DNA from: Torpedo marmorata
Lineage: Eukaryota
NCBI GenBank assembly: GCA_977017645.1
Contig: OZ360223.1
Coordinates: forward strand, 180,172,001-180,236,000
Direction: 5' to 3'
Length of the DNA: 64,000 nucleotides
In this document: piece by piece, positions 12,372 to 26,089 of the stretch
Position numbering within the stretch: position 1 is the stretch's first letter
Layout of the letters: every line of letters begins with the position of its first letter
Made by a program: the position numbers and the translations under genes
Notes under the pieces: model-generated
Told to the model about the DNA's origin: nothing
The model's input: only the letters and a program-made list of their open reading frames with translations
The model's database searches: none

Positions 12372-13627
12372 GTTTTATTTTAAATTACATTTCTAATATT
12401 AGAGATTTATTTTTAGGGTCTGGACTTCTGAATTTGTGCCATTCTGATCTTTTGATATAATTTGGCTTTTCTCTCATACGGTGTGCTGAATTTAATATCG
12501 TGAAGGGCATGGAGTGGGATCGTGCCGTGTGTCACCGTATCAATAGTTACTTATCTAGTCAAAATAAAAGCTCCACAATCTAATTAATGTTAATGCTCAA
12601 ACTATCTCTTTTTAAAAACTGTGAAAACATTGAGTTTAGCTGCACGTTCAAACGTGTCCAACTAGGTGAATAATTCCAGATTTCTAAAATGTTTACAGTC
12701 TTAGCATCACTGCCACTTCTTAATGTCTTAGCTTATCCCTCCTTTCATCTCCTGTGTTACCCATAATGTTAAAAGCTTTTAACCAGTTGAGGTATTGACT
12801 TCATTTGATGGAGCAGAACATTAAATGAAAGAATTGTCTGTGGGCTTAACAACATCACAGCTTTCACTTCAAAATTGACTATGACCTATTGAGGGTCAAA
12901 TTGCAGAACTTTCTATGTTAGGTTCTTGGAAAAAAAAATTATTTTTTTCTTACTCGCTTAGTGCCTACACACACACACTGAAAGAAGGGAATATACATAC
13001 ATTAGTGATAGATAATAATGTCATTCCATTCTTATGAAAGCAGTGATGGACTAAATCTATAACTAGAGTTGGATGATCCATTAAGGACTGCTGTATCTTC
13101 TTAGGAAATCAACAGATTATTGTTAATTGATGTCATCATGTACCTTTGTACCAATGTAGAAATTTCAAACTGTTCATCATTTTGACTGCTTAAACCACAA
13201 TTATTCACTTTGCTGAAGAAATTGAACAATTTGTATGTTCTCTCCTTGAGGTGTACAAGTATATGATATGATGGATTGTATTTGTTTTGTTATGGCCTTT
13301 TTCTTTTGCATTATGTGGTTAACCACAAAATAATTATTGTTTTCCATTCAGTAAGGTCTTGAGCTTTAGTTATTTACAATTTAGGTACACATTTGTAGAT
13401 TTTAATTTCATGCCAATATGGGACTGAGGCATTCTGAAGCTGATACACCACTGGATTCCAGCTTGTATTTGATCTTGAGACCAAATTGTCCAGGAAAAGG
13501 CCTTATAAGTATGGCAGCAAAGTAGTCATGGATCAGTACATCCAATGCTTTCAGCTGCGCTGCTACTCCATGCCCCCAGCTCAGTCTGTTCTCAAAGTTT
13601 CAAGAACTCTGTGATTCACAGTCATTC

Positions 13628-15188
13628 GGTCTGGACAGAGTACCCGGACGAGTATTGAAACTCTGTGCTGACCAACTTATCAACATATTCACAGATCTCT
13701 TCAACATCTCACTCTGGCAGGGCGTGGTACCCACCTGTTTCACACAGACGTCAATCGTACCGGTGCCCAAGAAGAGTGTAGTAACCTGCCTAAATTACTA
13801 TCGACCAGTGGCACTCACATCAACAGTGATGAAGTGTTTTGAAAGGCTGGTGTTGAAGCATATCAGCTCCTGTCTGAACGGCGACGTGGATCTGTTCCAA
13901 TTTGCCTATCGTAGCAACAGGTCTATGGCGGATGCCATCTCACTGGCTCTACACAAAGCCCTGGAACACCTGGACAGCAAAGATGCATACATCAGGATGA
14001 TCTTTATCGACTACAGTTTGGCATTTAACACCATCATCCCCTCAAAACTGATTAGCAAACTCCAAGACCTGGGTCTCAACACCCCACTGTGTAATTGGAT
14101 CCTTGATTTCCTCACCCACAGACCACAATCAGTGAGGATTGATAAGAACATCTCCTCCACAATCTCCATCAGAACCAGAGCTACGTTCTTCGCCCCCTGC
14201 TCTACTCGCTTTATACCTATGACTATGTGGTACGACAACAACACCATCTACAAATTCACTGACGATACCACGGTAGCAGGTTGTATAAAAAGAGGCGAAG
14301 AGTCAGCATACAGGATGGAGATTGAAAACTTGGCCGAATGGTGTACCAACAATATCCTCGCTCTCAATGTCACCTAAACCAAGGAGCTGATTATTGACTT
14401 CAGGAAGGGAAAACCAGATGTGTACGATCCAGTGATCATTGGGGGATCAGAGGTGGAGAGGGAGAGCAAATTTAAGTTCTGAGGAGTCACTATTTCGGAG
14501 GATCTTTCCTGGACCTAACACACTAATGGCATCGTGAAGAAAGCACGTCAATGGCTCTACTTCCTCAGGAGTTTGCGGAGGTTTGATATGACACCGGAAA
14601 CTCCGGCAAATTTCTACAGATGCTTGGTGGAAAGTGTGCTGACTGGCTGCATCACGGTCTGTTATGGGGACACCAATACCCCTGACTGTAAAGCCTGCAA
14701 AAGGTAGTGGACACAGCCCAGGACATCACAAGCAAACCCCTTCCCACCATCGAGAACATCTATGGGGAACACTGCCGTCGGAGAGCAGCAGCAATCATCA
14801 AGGATCCACACCACCTAGCACTTCTCTATTCTCGTCGCTACCAACAGGAAAGAGGTAAATGTGCCACAAGACTAACACCACCAGGTTCAGGAACAGCTGC
14901 TACCCCTACACCATCAGACTCCTCAACAACAGACTCAATCAGGGACTCATTTAAGGACTTTTACTTTTGCTCTTTATTGATTGTTGGTTTTTTTCTTTTT
15001 TTCCCTCCAGTCTGTATTGCACAGTCAGTTGTTTAAATTTGTTTATTTATTTACATGTGTACATCGTGTACATTTTTTTTGCACTACCAATAAGTCGTAA
15101 TTCTGCCTGGCCCACAGGAAAAAAAATCTCAGGGTTGTATGTGATATCATGTATGTTCTCTGACAATATATCTGAAAATCTGAAATCA
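13628..15188 (+). mobile_element. Rex1/Babar LINE, 5'-truncated, decayed RT
   Basis: ORF 13655..14377 has [29 protein letters not shown] and YKFTDDTTV; 3' UTR with TCTGAAA repeats. Confidence 0.9.
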
Positions 15189-15869
15189 TTCAAAATCATT
15201 GAAAACGAATCAAACTCTTTTTTAACAAAAAAGTATTAATAAAAATAAATGGAAATGGAAAAGAAGCACTATAAAACAATTAACATTTAAATAAAATGAC
15301 ACATTTCAAAATTATGTATATTAACCTTCAAAGCTGGAAATATGTACCGCCATCTTCTTTCCCTTTGTAATCACCCTTAAGGATTTTTAATATTTAAAAT
15401 TATCTTTTGATCTTATCAATCTACCTCACTGCTACCCTTGCAATATTTTAGCCACATTTTTCTCTGCAACGCTATATTCTTCAGTTTTGTTTTATTTTGA
15501 ACTCCCTGATGTACGTACGTATGGGATGACTTGCTGGGATAATACACAAAGCAATGTTTTTCATTGTATCTCATCACATAACAATAAAAAGCAATTCCAA
15601 TTCAATTTCAATTTCCTCTCAAATGCAATAGCTGGCACAGGTTTCTCGGGCAGCAGTTGAATCCAGCATTAGAAGATGACCAGTAAAATACTGAGAAACA
15701 GCTGTCAGCAAGTTGGGGACTTCTGCATTCATGTACACACACTAAAATCCAACATCTGCCGGCATTTATGTAGAGACATAAACAGTTCCAGGTTGTCCTG
15801 CTGCCATCTCTTTGAATAATCTAGACCATTTTTAACATCAAACGGCATGCAACAGAAATTATCTATATT

Positions 15870-17978
15870 CCTTGATGTAGAGAAGACTGTGCAGAGAGTC
15901 TGGGGAGGCAGAGAGCAACTTTGAGACTGCCTGGAGTCAGTGGACTGGGCCATGTTGAAGGACTCGCCAGTGGACCTGAATGAATGTGCCACAGTGGTTA
16001 CCGACTTTATGAAGAAATACATGGAAGATTCTGTTCCTACTAAGATTATCTGAGTGCATCCTAATCAGAAGCCATGGATGAGCCAAGAGGTTTGGAAACT
16101 GTTGAAGACCAGATCTGTGGCGTTCAGATCAGGAAATTCAGAGAGATACAGGAAGACCTCTGGAATGCTATTACCAATGCATAAAAACAATTCTGAAGCA
16201 AGCTGGAGTCTCTGGCGGATGCTCGGCAGCACTGGCAGGGCTTGCACACCATCACACCCTCTAAGGTGAAACAAGGTTGTGTAATTAACTGCAATACATC
16301 TCTTCCAAGTGAGCTCAATGCCTCTTTGCTCGATTCGAGAAGGAAAACAATGGTCCACTGTTGCGAGTCCCACAGCCCCTGGCGACTCTGCGTTCCCAGT
16401 TTCTGAGGCTGATCTGATCAGAACAGCTGTGATGAGTGTGTCTCCACCAAATCGTTCAGGGTTTTCCCCAACCGGAAGCCTTGGACGAACAATGAAATTC
16501 ATAACCTGCTGAGAGCCAGATCACAGGCATTTAAGTCCAGACATCAAGAACACTACACAAGGCACAGGTATGATCTACACAAAGCCATCCGCCGGGTAAA
16601 GTGAGTTTCCGGATGAAAATGGAAACAACGAAAGATACCTGTCAGGACCTAAATGACATTGCCAGGTACAAAACCAAATCCGGTGCAGTAGGAAACAACA
16701 AAGCTTCACTCCCAGATGAGCTCAATGCCTTCTCCACTCGATTTGACCACCCGAACAAGGAAGAGCCACTGCACACTCCCATGTTCCCTGATGATCCTCT
16801 ACTGTCAGTATCTGAGGATGTTGTGCCTTCAGGAGAGTGAATCCAAGGAAAGCATCCGGTCTTGATGGAGTACCTAGTCGAGTACTGAAAACATGTGCTG
16901 ACCAATTTGCCAATGTATTCATGGATATCTTCAACATCTCACTCTGACAGGGAATGGTACCCACCTGTTTCAAACAGGCCTCAATCGTATCAGTGCCTAA
17001 GAAGAGTGTGGTAACCTGCCTGGACAACTATCGACCAGTGGCACTCACATCCTCAGTGATGAATTGTTTTGAGAGGCTGGTATTGAACCATATCAGCTCC
17101 TGTCTGAGCGGCAACATGAATCCATTCCAATTTGCCTATGTTGCAACAGGTCTCTGGTAGATGCTGTCTCACTGGCTCTACAAAAAACCCTGGAACTCCT
17201 GGACAGCAAAGATGCAAATATCAGAATGCTCTTTATTGACTACAGTTCACCATTCAACATCATCATCCCCTCAAAATTAATCAGCAAACACTGAGACCTG
17301 GGCCTCAACACCCCAATATGTAATTGGATCCTGGATTTCTTCATTCCCAGACCCCAATCAGTGCGGATTGGCAAGAACATCTCCTTCACAATCTCCATCA
17401 GCACCGGAGCCCCACATGGTTGCGTACTTAGCCCCCTGTTCTACTCGCTGTACACCTACGACTGTGTGACTAGGTACAACAACAACACATATACAAATTT
17501 ATTGACGATATGATCATAGTGGGCTGTATAAAAAGGGGCGATGAGTCAGCATACAGAAGGGAGATTGAAAACTTGGCTGAATGATGTACTAACAACAACC
17601 TCGCACTAAATGTGACCAAGACAAAGGAGCTGATTGTTGACTTTAGGAAAGGAAACCTAGAGGTGTACGATTCCATGATCATTGGGATATCTGAGGTGGA
17701 GAGGGTGATCTAATTTAAATTCTTGGGAGTCACTATCTCGGAAGACTTTTCCTGGACCCATCATACTAATGCCAACGTGAAGAAAGCTCGTCATTGCCTC
17801 TACTTCCTTAGGATTTGCGGAGGTTCAGTATGTCATCGGAAACCTTGGCAAACTTCCACAGATGTGTAGTGGAGAGTGTGCTGGCCAGCTGCATCATGGC
17901 CTGACATGGAGGCAACCAATACCTCTGAGTGGAAAGCCCTGCAAAAAGTAATGGAAACAGCCCAGTACATCACAGGCA
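15870..17978 (+). mobile_element. Rex1/Babar LINE fragments (at least two pieces, decayed)
   Basis: HPNQKPWM, SLPDELNAF and [25 protein letters not shown] motifs with stops and frameshifts. Confidence 0.85.
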
Positions 17979-17994
17979 GTAGATGACACTTGCA

Positions 17995-18582
17995 GTAAAA
18001 TACGAAAATCTGTAGACACAGTGGTTGAAGTAAAAACACAATGCTGGAGAAACTCAGCAGGTCAAGCAGTGTTCTTTAAATAGCAAATTTAAAAATACAT
18101 AACCGACATTTCGGGCTTGAGCCCTTCATCAAGGTATGGAAAAATGTCGGCAGGCGTCCGAACAAAAGAGTGGGGGGGAGGGGTGGTCGCAAAGGCAGGA
18201 AGTGATAGGTGGAGAAGGGAGGGAGGGACAAGGACGAGCAAGAGGAGGAGGGATGGCTAGGTGAATAGAGAGGGAAGGGGGGAGGAGAGCTGGAAGGGGG
18301 AAGGGGAGGGGAGCTGGAAGGGAGAAGGGAAGGGGGGATGGGAAAGAGGGGGAGAGGAGAGCAGGTTAGCAGAAACCGGAAAGGTCGATGTTAATGCCAT
18401 CTGGCTGGAGAGTGCCCAGACGGAATATCAGGTGTTGTTCCTCCAATTTACGGGTGATCTTGGTGGGATAGTACATAAGGCCATGGACAGACACGTGAGT
18501 ATGGGAGTGTGGCACAGAACTGAAATGGTTGGCTACTGGGAGGTCTCTTGTCACTGGTGTGGATGGAGCGAAGTTGCTCAGC
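17995..18582 (-). mobile_element. Penelope-like 3' fragment (GIY-YIG C-terminus + terminal repeat)
   Basis: LPVANHFSS..HSH...RKLEEQHLIFRLGTLQPDGINID; TSD TGACACTTGCA at 17984-17994 and 18583-18593. Confidence 0.85.
18098..18138 (-). ncRNA. Minimal type I hammerhead-ribozyme-like motif in Penelope terminal repeat
   Basis: Minus strand CAUACC-UUGAUGA-A-GGGCU-CA-AGCCC-GAAA-UGUC-GGUUAUG: core boxes, stem II hairpin and stem I pairing. Deviates from the canonical CUGAnGA. Confidence 0.55.
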
Positions 18583-18609
18583 TGACACTTGCATATGTGC
18601 ACTTTCAGG

Positions 18610-19440
18610 CATCAATCTCAGGTCATCATCAAATTGTTCCCTGAATCATTTTAGAGAATGAGTTTGTACTGGTCACTGCAAACAACACTTCCCCCAATAA
18701 AGGTTCATGACGGGACCCTGAACCACTTTCACTACCTCAGAAGCCATATCCCCACAAAGCAAACACATCGATGATGAAATTTGTCACATCTTTCAGTGCA
18801 TCAGTTTAATTGTTAACCATCTGAGGTAAAAGAATATTTTCGAGATCAGGACCTCAAAACCTAAACAGATCACATTGTTTACCAGGCAGCAGTGATACGC
18901 TTTTGAGACATGGATTACCTACAACAGGCAGTTTGAAGAATTGGAGAGGTACCACAATGCTGCTTCTGCAAAATCTGCTAAATCCACTGGCAGGATAAAT
19001 AATCCAATATGTGTGACCTCTCTGAGGCTAACCACTCATTAGTTTTCAATGGATATATGACATTCACAGGTCAATACAAGACTCACAAAATAGTCACTCT
19101 GTACCAAGTTCCAGCACTGCAAGAGGTTACAAAGGTAGACAGAGGACAAAGTACAAAAACATTCTCAAAGAGAAAATGTAAATTCCCTCTGACTTGTGAG
19201 AATCCTTAGTCTGCTCAAAATCAATGAGAAGCATTCAGCATGACACACTGAACTTTGAGACCGCTTGTTGTGTCTATGAGAATACCAACATAAAAACACC
19301 TTTGAATCTCCCCTTCAACCTATCATGTACACTCTGTCCCTGCTGTGGCAGATTCTGTGCTTCATGCATTGGCCTCATCAACTGCCTCAGAACCCAATTC
19401 ATGAGTACAAGCATCCTCAATCACATAAAGGGCAAAATAC
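18610..19440 (+). mobile_element. Highly degraded LINE remnant (RTE-like)
   Basis: Terminal CPCCGRFCASCIGLINCLRT zinc-finger-like motif in ORF 19224..19571. Confidence 0.45.
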
Positions 19441-20214
19441 TTAGATACTCTAATGGATGGGATTATTTAATCTTTTTTTTAATATCTAGTATTTTGGTAG
19501 AAGGCAGAGTGCTGTCCAAGGAAGAAAGAAAGCATAGAATGTACATTAAAGTGGGTGTAATTTATATCTGATTCAGCAGGTAGAATTCCTCCAGCCTCTT
19601 GCAACATTAAAAACTTTTACAAGTAACCTCATACAGCTTCCTCTAAATGACATGGAGTTCTACTTTTGCCCACCTGCTCTCTGTCTAACTTTTCCTTTGT
19701 GGTCTCTTACAAAGCTTTACTGTTCCCCAATCTTCTGTCTCTAACTGCTTTGCCTTTTTGATCATGAGCACAGATCTTTTTACCCTGGATTTCTCCTCCC
19801 CACCCACTTCTCCAGTGTCTGTTCTTTCTTAGCCGATGTGCATTTAATGGTCGTCCTCCTAATATCACTCAACCTGACTGCTGTGTGATATAGAATTGAC
19901 TTGATAGATCAAATTATATTTTCACCAATGAAATAATCAGTCAAACTATTCATGTGAAATTGATCTCATTAATCTGTAGCATTCTGAATTTTCTGTGTGC
20001 TCTGGTTGAACTTTGAAGCAGTATAATTTGAATCGATATTCAATGTACTGCATTATAGATGTGTTATAGTAATACAACTTTTCAGTCAGTACTGATGGAG
20101 AAAGCTCTTCAATTCTGATTATCAATTACTTAGCAATATGTAGTGTTCCTATATAATAACACTAATATTGAATGAAGAACTATATCTGAACATTATATTC
20201 TTATTCTTTTATAG

Positions 20215-20242
20215 CTATTTGATCCTTTATGATTTTCTCCTG
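20215..20242 (+). pseudogene. CYP4B1: 5' stub of CYP4 meander exon (exon 11 equivalent), interrupted by L1
   Basis: Polypyrimidine tract + tag|CTA TTT GAT CCT TTA TGA TTT TCT CCT G = LFDPL*FSP (cf. VFDPLRFSPE), followed immediately by an L1 5' end. Confidence 0.75.
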
Positions 20243-21563
20243 GGACTTCTGGTTGGCTACTGCATGGCTTAGGTGGCAGTAGTTAGGTGCTCCTGCCAGC
20301 TTTTAAACTTTTCTCATTCAAGCATCTTTAATTTTTAACCAAAGTGTCTTAAACTTTGCCCCTTCAATATTTAGTATTGCTGATTTTTGAAATGGCGGTG
20401 ACCAGAGGTGCTAAAGCAACAAAAAATGGTAAAGAAGGTAAAAAGGAAGAAGAGACAGCCACTCTGACTGCAGACTTCATTTCAGACATGTTGAAAAAGC
20501 ATTCACGGAATATAACGTAAGATATAACTGCAGCAGTAAAAGAAAGTCAACGAGAAATTGAATCTACTCTTGAAAAGGTTCTACAATTGATTGGAAACTG
20601 TTGAGGATGATTTGGAGTCTGTTAAGGATCGTATAGATAATTTAGAAACTCGATGTGCTGACATGTCTACTCTCAACTCCAAGTTAGCCTCGAAGGTGGT
20701 CGATTTGGAGAGCAGAAGCAGACGCCAAAACATACGGATCCTGGGCTTAAAAGAAGATACCGAAAAAGTCTAGTTAACTGACTTTTCTTCATATTTACTC
20801 ATGGAGGTGTTTGGAAGAAAGTTTTTTTGCTACCAAGCCCGAGCTCAACAGCACATAGGTGTTTGGCTCCCAAGCCAACCTCGGAACATCGTTCACGTTC
20901 GGTAATTCTTCGTTTTCATTACTACCAAGAAAAGGATCGTGTTATTCGTGAAGCTCGTTGGAAAATAAATTTGAATTACCAGGGTCAATAAATGAGACTC
21001 GTTGAAGATTTTTGCCCTGAAGTTATGGACATGCGGAAAGAATACAGAGAAGTCATGACAGCTAAACAAGGAAGGATTTAAACCTGCTTTGCTGTATCCA
21101 GCTTGTCTGTGGATCACCTTGGAAGACGGTCACAAGCAATTTTTGAATTCGGTGGATGAAGCTCGTAAAGTTTTGGAAGATTCCTCTTCAACTTCAATAT
21201 GAACTAATAGTCTGTGTCTGAAGTTTTTTCTATTTGAAGGGTTTCTTTTTGAGTGGGGGAAGTCTGGCCGCTCTTTTCTTTTGTTAATTGAAGGGTTAAT
21301 TAATTTAATAATTTTGTGGGTTTTTTTTATTTTAACTTTGTTTATTTAGCTTATTTTGTTTCTCTTTGATATTAAAGATTTAAATAGATGGTATTAATTT
21401 TACTTTATTAACGTTGACAGTATTTGCCTATTTTGATTATTCAGTTATTAATTGCGTAAGTGATATAATGTATGTAGTTTATTATTCAACCGTGGAAAAG
21501 TTTGCTTGTGTGGTTAGTTTATTATACGACCGTGGGAAAATGCGGTCAACATTGAATTAATGT

Positions 21564-23344
21564 GAATTAAATATTTGGGAGTTAAAGTGGATACAAAATT
21601 AGAAAATTTATATAAATTAAATTATGTACCTTTATTTATGAAAATAAAGAAAGATTTGGAAAATTGGAAAGATTTGCCTATAACTTTAATGGGGAGAGTA
21701 AATTGTATCAAGATGAATATTTTTCCAAGAATTCAATATCTTTTTCAATCAATTCCGTTTGGAATTCCAAAATTTTTTTTTAAAGATTTAAAGTTTATTA
21801 TTAGGAAATTTTTATGGAAAGAGAAGTTAGCAAGAGTGAGTATGGATAAGTTAACATGGAATTATGAGATGGGAGGATTGCAACTTCCTAATTTTCAATA
21901 TTATTATAAAGCAGCTCAATTAAAATTTGTTAATGAATTTTTTGATTTAACTAAAACTTCTGCCTGGGTTAATATAGAATTAAATAATATAGGAGAAAAT
22001 TATAAAGAGGATATTATCTATAAGTGGAATTCTAAATTATTATTAGTAAGAAAGAAAAATTCACCGATTATTAAACATTTGTTGGAAATATGGACACAGG
22101 TAGATAAAGAAATAGGTGGGAAAGGGTTAATTTCTTTAAATATGCCATTATATCAAAATCCACTTTTATTATATACTATGAATAATCAGTTACTGAAAGC
22201 ATGGTTTCAAAAAGGAATTAAGAATTTTAAAGATTGTTTTGAGGCTGGAAGATTTGTTACGTTTCAAAGATTGAAGGAAATTTTTAATGTATTAGATAAT
22301 ACATGGTTAGCTTATTATCAAGTTAAAGCTTTTTTGATTGAGAAATTAGGAGATGATTTGATTGCTCCAAGACATAATGAGTTAGAATTATTAATAACTA
22401 AAGCAAATGTTAATAAGTTTATTTCTCAAATGTATAAATTATTTCAGAGAAAAATGCCTAAAGTAGGATTACATAAATCAAGATTAAAATGGGAATTAGA
22501 TTTAAATGTTAATATAGCTGAAAATCACTGGAAAGATTTATGTAAATTAAGTATGACTAAAGTTATTAATGTTAGATATAGATTAGTACAATATAATTTT
22601 TTTCATCAATTATATTTAACACCAAAAAAATTAAAGAAATTTAATCCGACATTGTCAGATTTGTGTTTTAGATGTAAGAATGAAGTAGGTTCTTTTGTTC
22701 ATTCTACATGGATATGTCCAAAAATTCAAGATTTCTGGTTGAAAGTTAAGAATTTTTTAGATAGAGTTTTTAATGTTATGTTTCCAATGGACCCTATGTT
22801 ATTTTTATTTGGAGATATTAGAAAATTTAGTATTAGGAATAGATTGAATATGTATCAGGTAGAATTTTTGCGAATTGCTTTAGCTGTCTCAAAAAAATGT
22901 ATTGCTATTACTTGGAAATCAGATTTAGATTTAAGTTTAGATAGGTGGCATGCAGAACTTCGTTCGTGTATTCCTTTGGAAAAGATTACTTACAATTTAC
23001 GCAATAAATATCATTTTTTTTTAAATTTGGAGCCCATATATGAGAGTTATGGGTTTAAGGATTTGAAATCTCTAGAAATCAGGTCTATTGGCGAGTTTAA
23101 CCTCCAGGATAAAATTAGTTTTTAGATGGTTCTCCCCTCACTATTAATCTATTTTTCTTTTTTTTTTACTATGTATTTTTTTTTATAATTATTATTCTTT
23201 TTTTTTAGAATAGTGGGGTTGGGGGGGTTAGGGAAGGGAGGGAGGGTGTTGGGGGAGGAAATATATATCACCTGTATTTTGGAAATTACATATTTTGATT
23301 TATGTATTGTGTGATTTAAAATTTTAAATAAAATAATAAAAAAA
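21564..23344 (+). mobile_element. 5'-truncated L1 (ORF2 C-terminal 516 aa, poly-A)
   Basis: ORF 21575..23125 with GRVNCIKMNIFPR and CFRC..H..W.C; AATAAA + A tail; TSD CATTGAATTAATGT at 21550-21563 and 23346-23359. Confidence 0.9.
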
Positions 23345-23532
23345 GCATTGAATTAATGTATACGCGCTTAGTCTATTTTAGGTCTGGAAAATTTTATATT
23401 AATCAAATGTAAGTTATAGTTTTCATGTTACTGAGCTTGGAAAGTTAAATGTGGATTTTTATAGTTTAAGGAGCCTTTTTTTTTAATTACTAATGATTTG
23501 ATATTATTTTGAATGGTTAAGGTTTAAAAGCT

Positions 23533-24411
23533 GTCTAAAGTAGGGGCGCATAAATCTAGATTAAACTGGGAATTAGACTTAAATGTTAATATAGATGAAA
23601 ATCATTGGAAAGATTTATGTAAATTAAGTATGACTAAAGTTATTAATGTTAGATATAGATTAGTACAATATAATTTTTTCATCAATTATATTTAACACCT
23701 AAAAAATTGAAGAAATTTAATCCAGCGTTATCAGATATGTGTTTTAGATGTAAAAGTGAAATAGGTTCTTTTGTACATTGTACATGGTTATGTTCAAAAA
23801 TTCAAGATTTTTGGCTGAAAGTTAAGAATTATTTAGAGAAAATTTTTAATATTGAGTTTACAATGGATCCTATGTTATTTTTATTCGGGGATATTAAAAA
23901 ATTTAGTATTAGAAATAGATTAAATATGTACCAAGTAGAATTTTTACGTATAGTATTAGCAGTTTCGAAAAAGTATATAGCTATTACTTGGAAGTCAGAT
24001 GTGAATTTAAATTTAGAACGATGGCATGCAGAGTTACGTTCATGTATACCTTTAGAAAAAATTACTTATAATCTGCAAAATAAATATCATTCTTTTTTGA
24101 AAATTTGGGGCCCATATATGAGGATTATGGGTTTAACAATGTAAATTCTCTGGATGTCAGATCCACTGGCGAAATAACCTCTAAGGTAAATTAGTTTTAA
24201 GTTGTTGTCTCCTCATTCTATTTTTCTATCTTTCCTTTTTCTTTTCTCTTTACTATATTATTATTTTTTAGAGTAGAGGGGATATAGGGGTTAGGGTGGG
24301 GAGGGTGGGAAGGGGGGGAGAAAATGTAAATCACATGTATTTTTCTCTGAAATATATGCTAAATTATTTTATGTAATTTGTGATTTTAAAATTTAAATAA
24401 AATATTTTAAA
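23533..24411 (+). mobile_element. 5'-truncated L1, same family as 21564-23344
   Basis: ORF 23707..24144 is highly similar to the preceding copy; A tail; possible TSD AAAAGCT. Confidence 0.88.
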
Positions 24412-25825
24412 AAAAGCTTTGATATTAACGCGTCTGCGTATATTTTTTTTCATTTTGACTGATAGTGGGAAGGAGACATGAATCTATTGCGCATGTGCTT
24501 ATATTATATATCTCTATAGCAAACTTTTTTTTCTCACTTTGGTTAGATTCTTTTATAGAATTTTTTTCTTTGTTTGGGAAAATTTATTAATTATTCTTTT
24601 TTTTTAAATAAGGAGCTATATTAAGATTCTTCAGTAGAAGTGTGTAGGGTTAAAATGTATTTTTTTGAGCTGGTTACTGCTTGGTTTTGCAACCTTCAGA
24701 GCTGGGATGTTTGGGGGGGAGGGTTTTTGTTTGAGATTTTACTGGATTTGCAAGGTTATTTTGTTTTCATGGTTTATACATGCTGTGTTACAGTGTGGAT
24801 TCAAGGTGACGGCTCTTGGAATGGTGACAGACAGAGTTGGATTATTTTCATAATATTAATTAAGACACATGATTAACCCAATCAGACTTATCTCGTGGAA
24901 TGTTAAAGGTATGAACGGTCCAGTTAAACGCCGTAGGGTATTTGCTCATGTCAGACATTTAAAGGTTAATATTGTTTTTCTTCAATAAACCTATATCAGG
25001 AATTGTGATAAGGATAGGCTCATGTCTAAATGGAAAGGACAATGTTTTCATTCTTCTTCTGATGCTAAAGTCAGGAGAGTTTCTGTTTTAATTAACCAGA
25101 ACATTCCTTTTGTACTTCATAACACCTTATCAGACAAACATGGTCGTTATATTATTCTTACAGGTAAATTATATAATAAAATGGTTGTTTTTGCTAATAT
25201 ATACGCCGTAATTTTTTGAAAGATTTTTCTCAGCCCTACCTGACTTAAGTCAATACTCACTGGTATTGGGGGGGGATTTTAATTGTTGGCTAAATACTGT
25301 TTTAGATCGTTCTTCTTCTAAACCTGCTATTCTAAGTAAATCTGCAGCTGTAATTCATTATTTTTTAACAAATTTTGGTATTTCAGATGTTTGCCGTTTT
25401 TTATATCCTAATAGCAGAGAATTTTTTTTTCTAATGTGCATCGTACCTACTCTCGGATTGATTATTTTTTAATAGACAATCAATTGATTTCATTGACCAA
25501 ATCATGTGAATATCAAGAAATAGTGATATCTGATCATGCTCCTGTTATTTTGTCTTTGAATTTTCCTGACATTCCTTTTACAATGAGGCATTGGTGTTTT
25601 AATTCTACCTTACTCTCAGATAATGACTTTTTGAATTTTATGGAAGAGCAAATTCAGTTTTTCTTCATTACAAATTCTTCTCCATCAGTTTCTAACGTGA
25701 TTGCCTGGGATACTATGAAAGCATATTTTTGAGGGCAAATTATTTCTTATACAGCTAATATAAAGCAGAAGACCAACAAGGAAAGATTAGATATAATAAA
25801 TCAGATTAAACAAATTGATTTACAG

Positions 25826-26089
25826 TATAGTGACTTCAATCCAACAAATAGTCACTTGGAGGCTAGGTGAGATACTTGTTCTTGACGCTTTTCAATTAAT
25901 TTACTAACAAGTCCAATAGGTTCAAAACTTTATTTACACACGTTGACTTGTAGCAATCTTACTCCCGCGCATGCGCAGAGTACTAAATAAGCCCAGCACA
26001 TCCTACTAATCTCCGTGTCTCCTCCGAAACCTGCTGAGACCATCGGAACGCCGCGATTTAGGTAAGTAACCAAGCCTACGGCTCTTACA
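25826..26089 (-). repeat. BEL/Pao 3' LTR (264 bp, internally deleted)
   Basis: Matches both ends of 36361-36871 but lacks ~247 bp of its middle. Confidence 0.9.

Noticed and set aside
12372-20214. Expected short CYP4 exon 10 (HHNP..W..P)
   Set aside because: Could not be found by eye; either deleted or too decayed, so it is not annotated.
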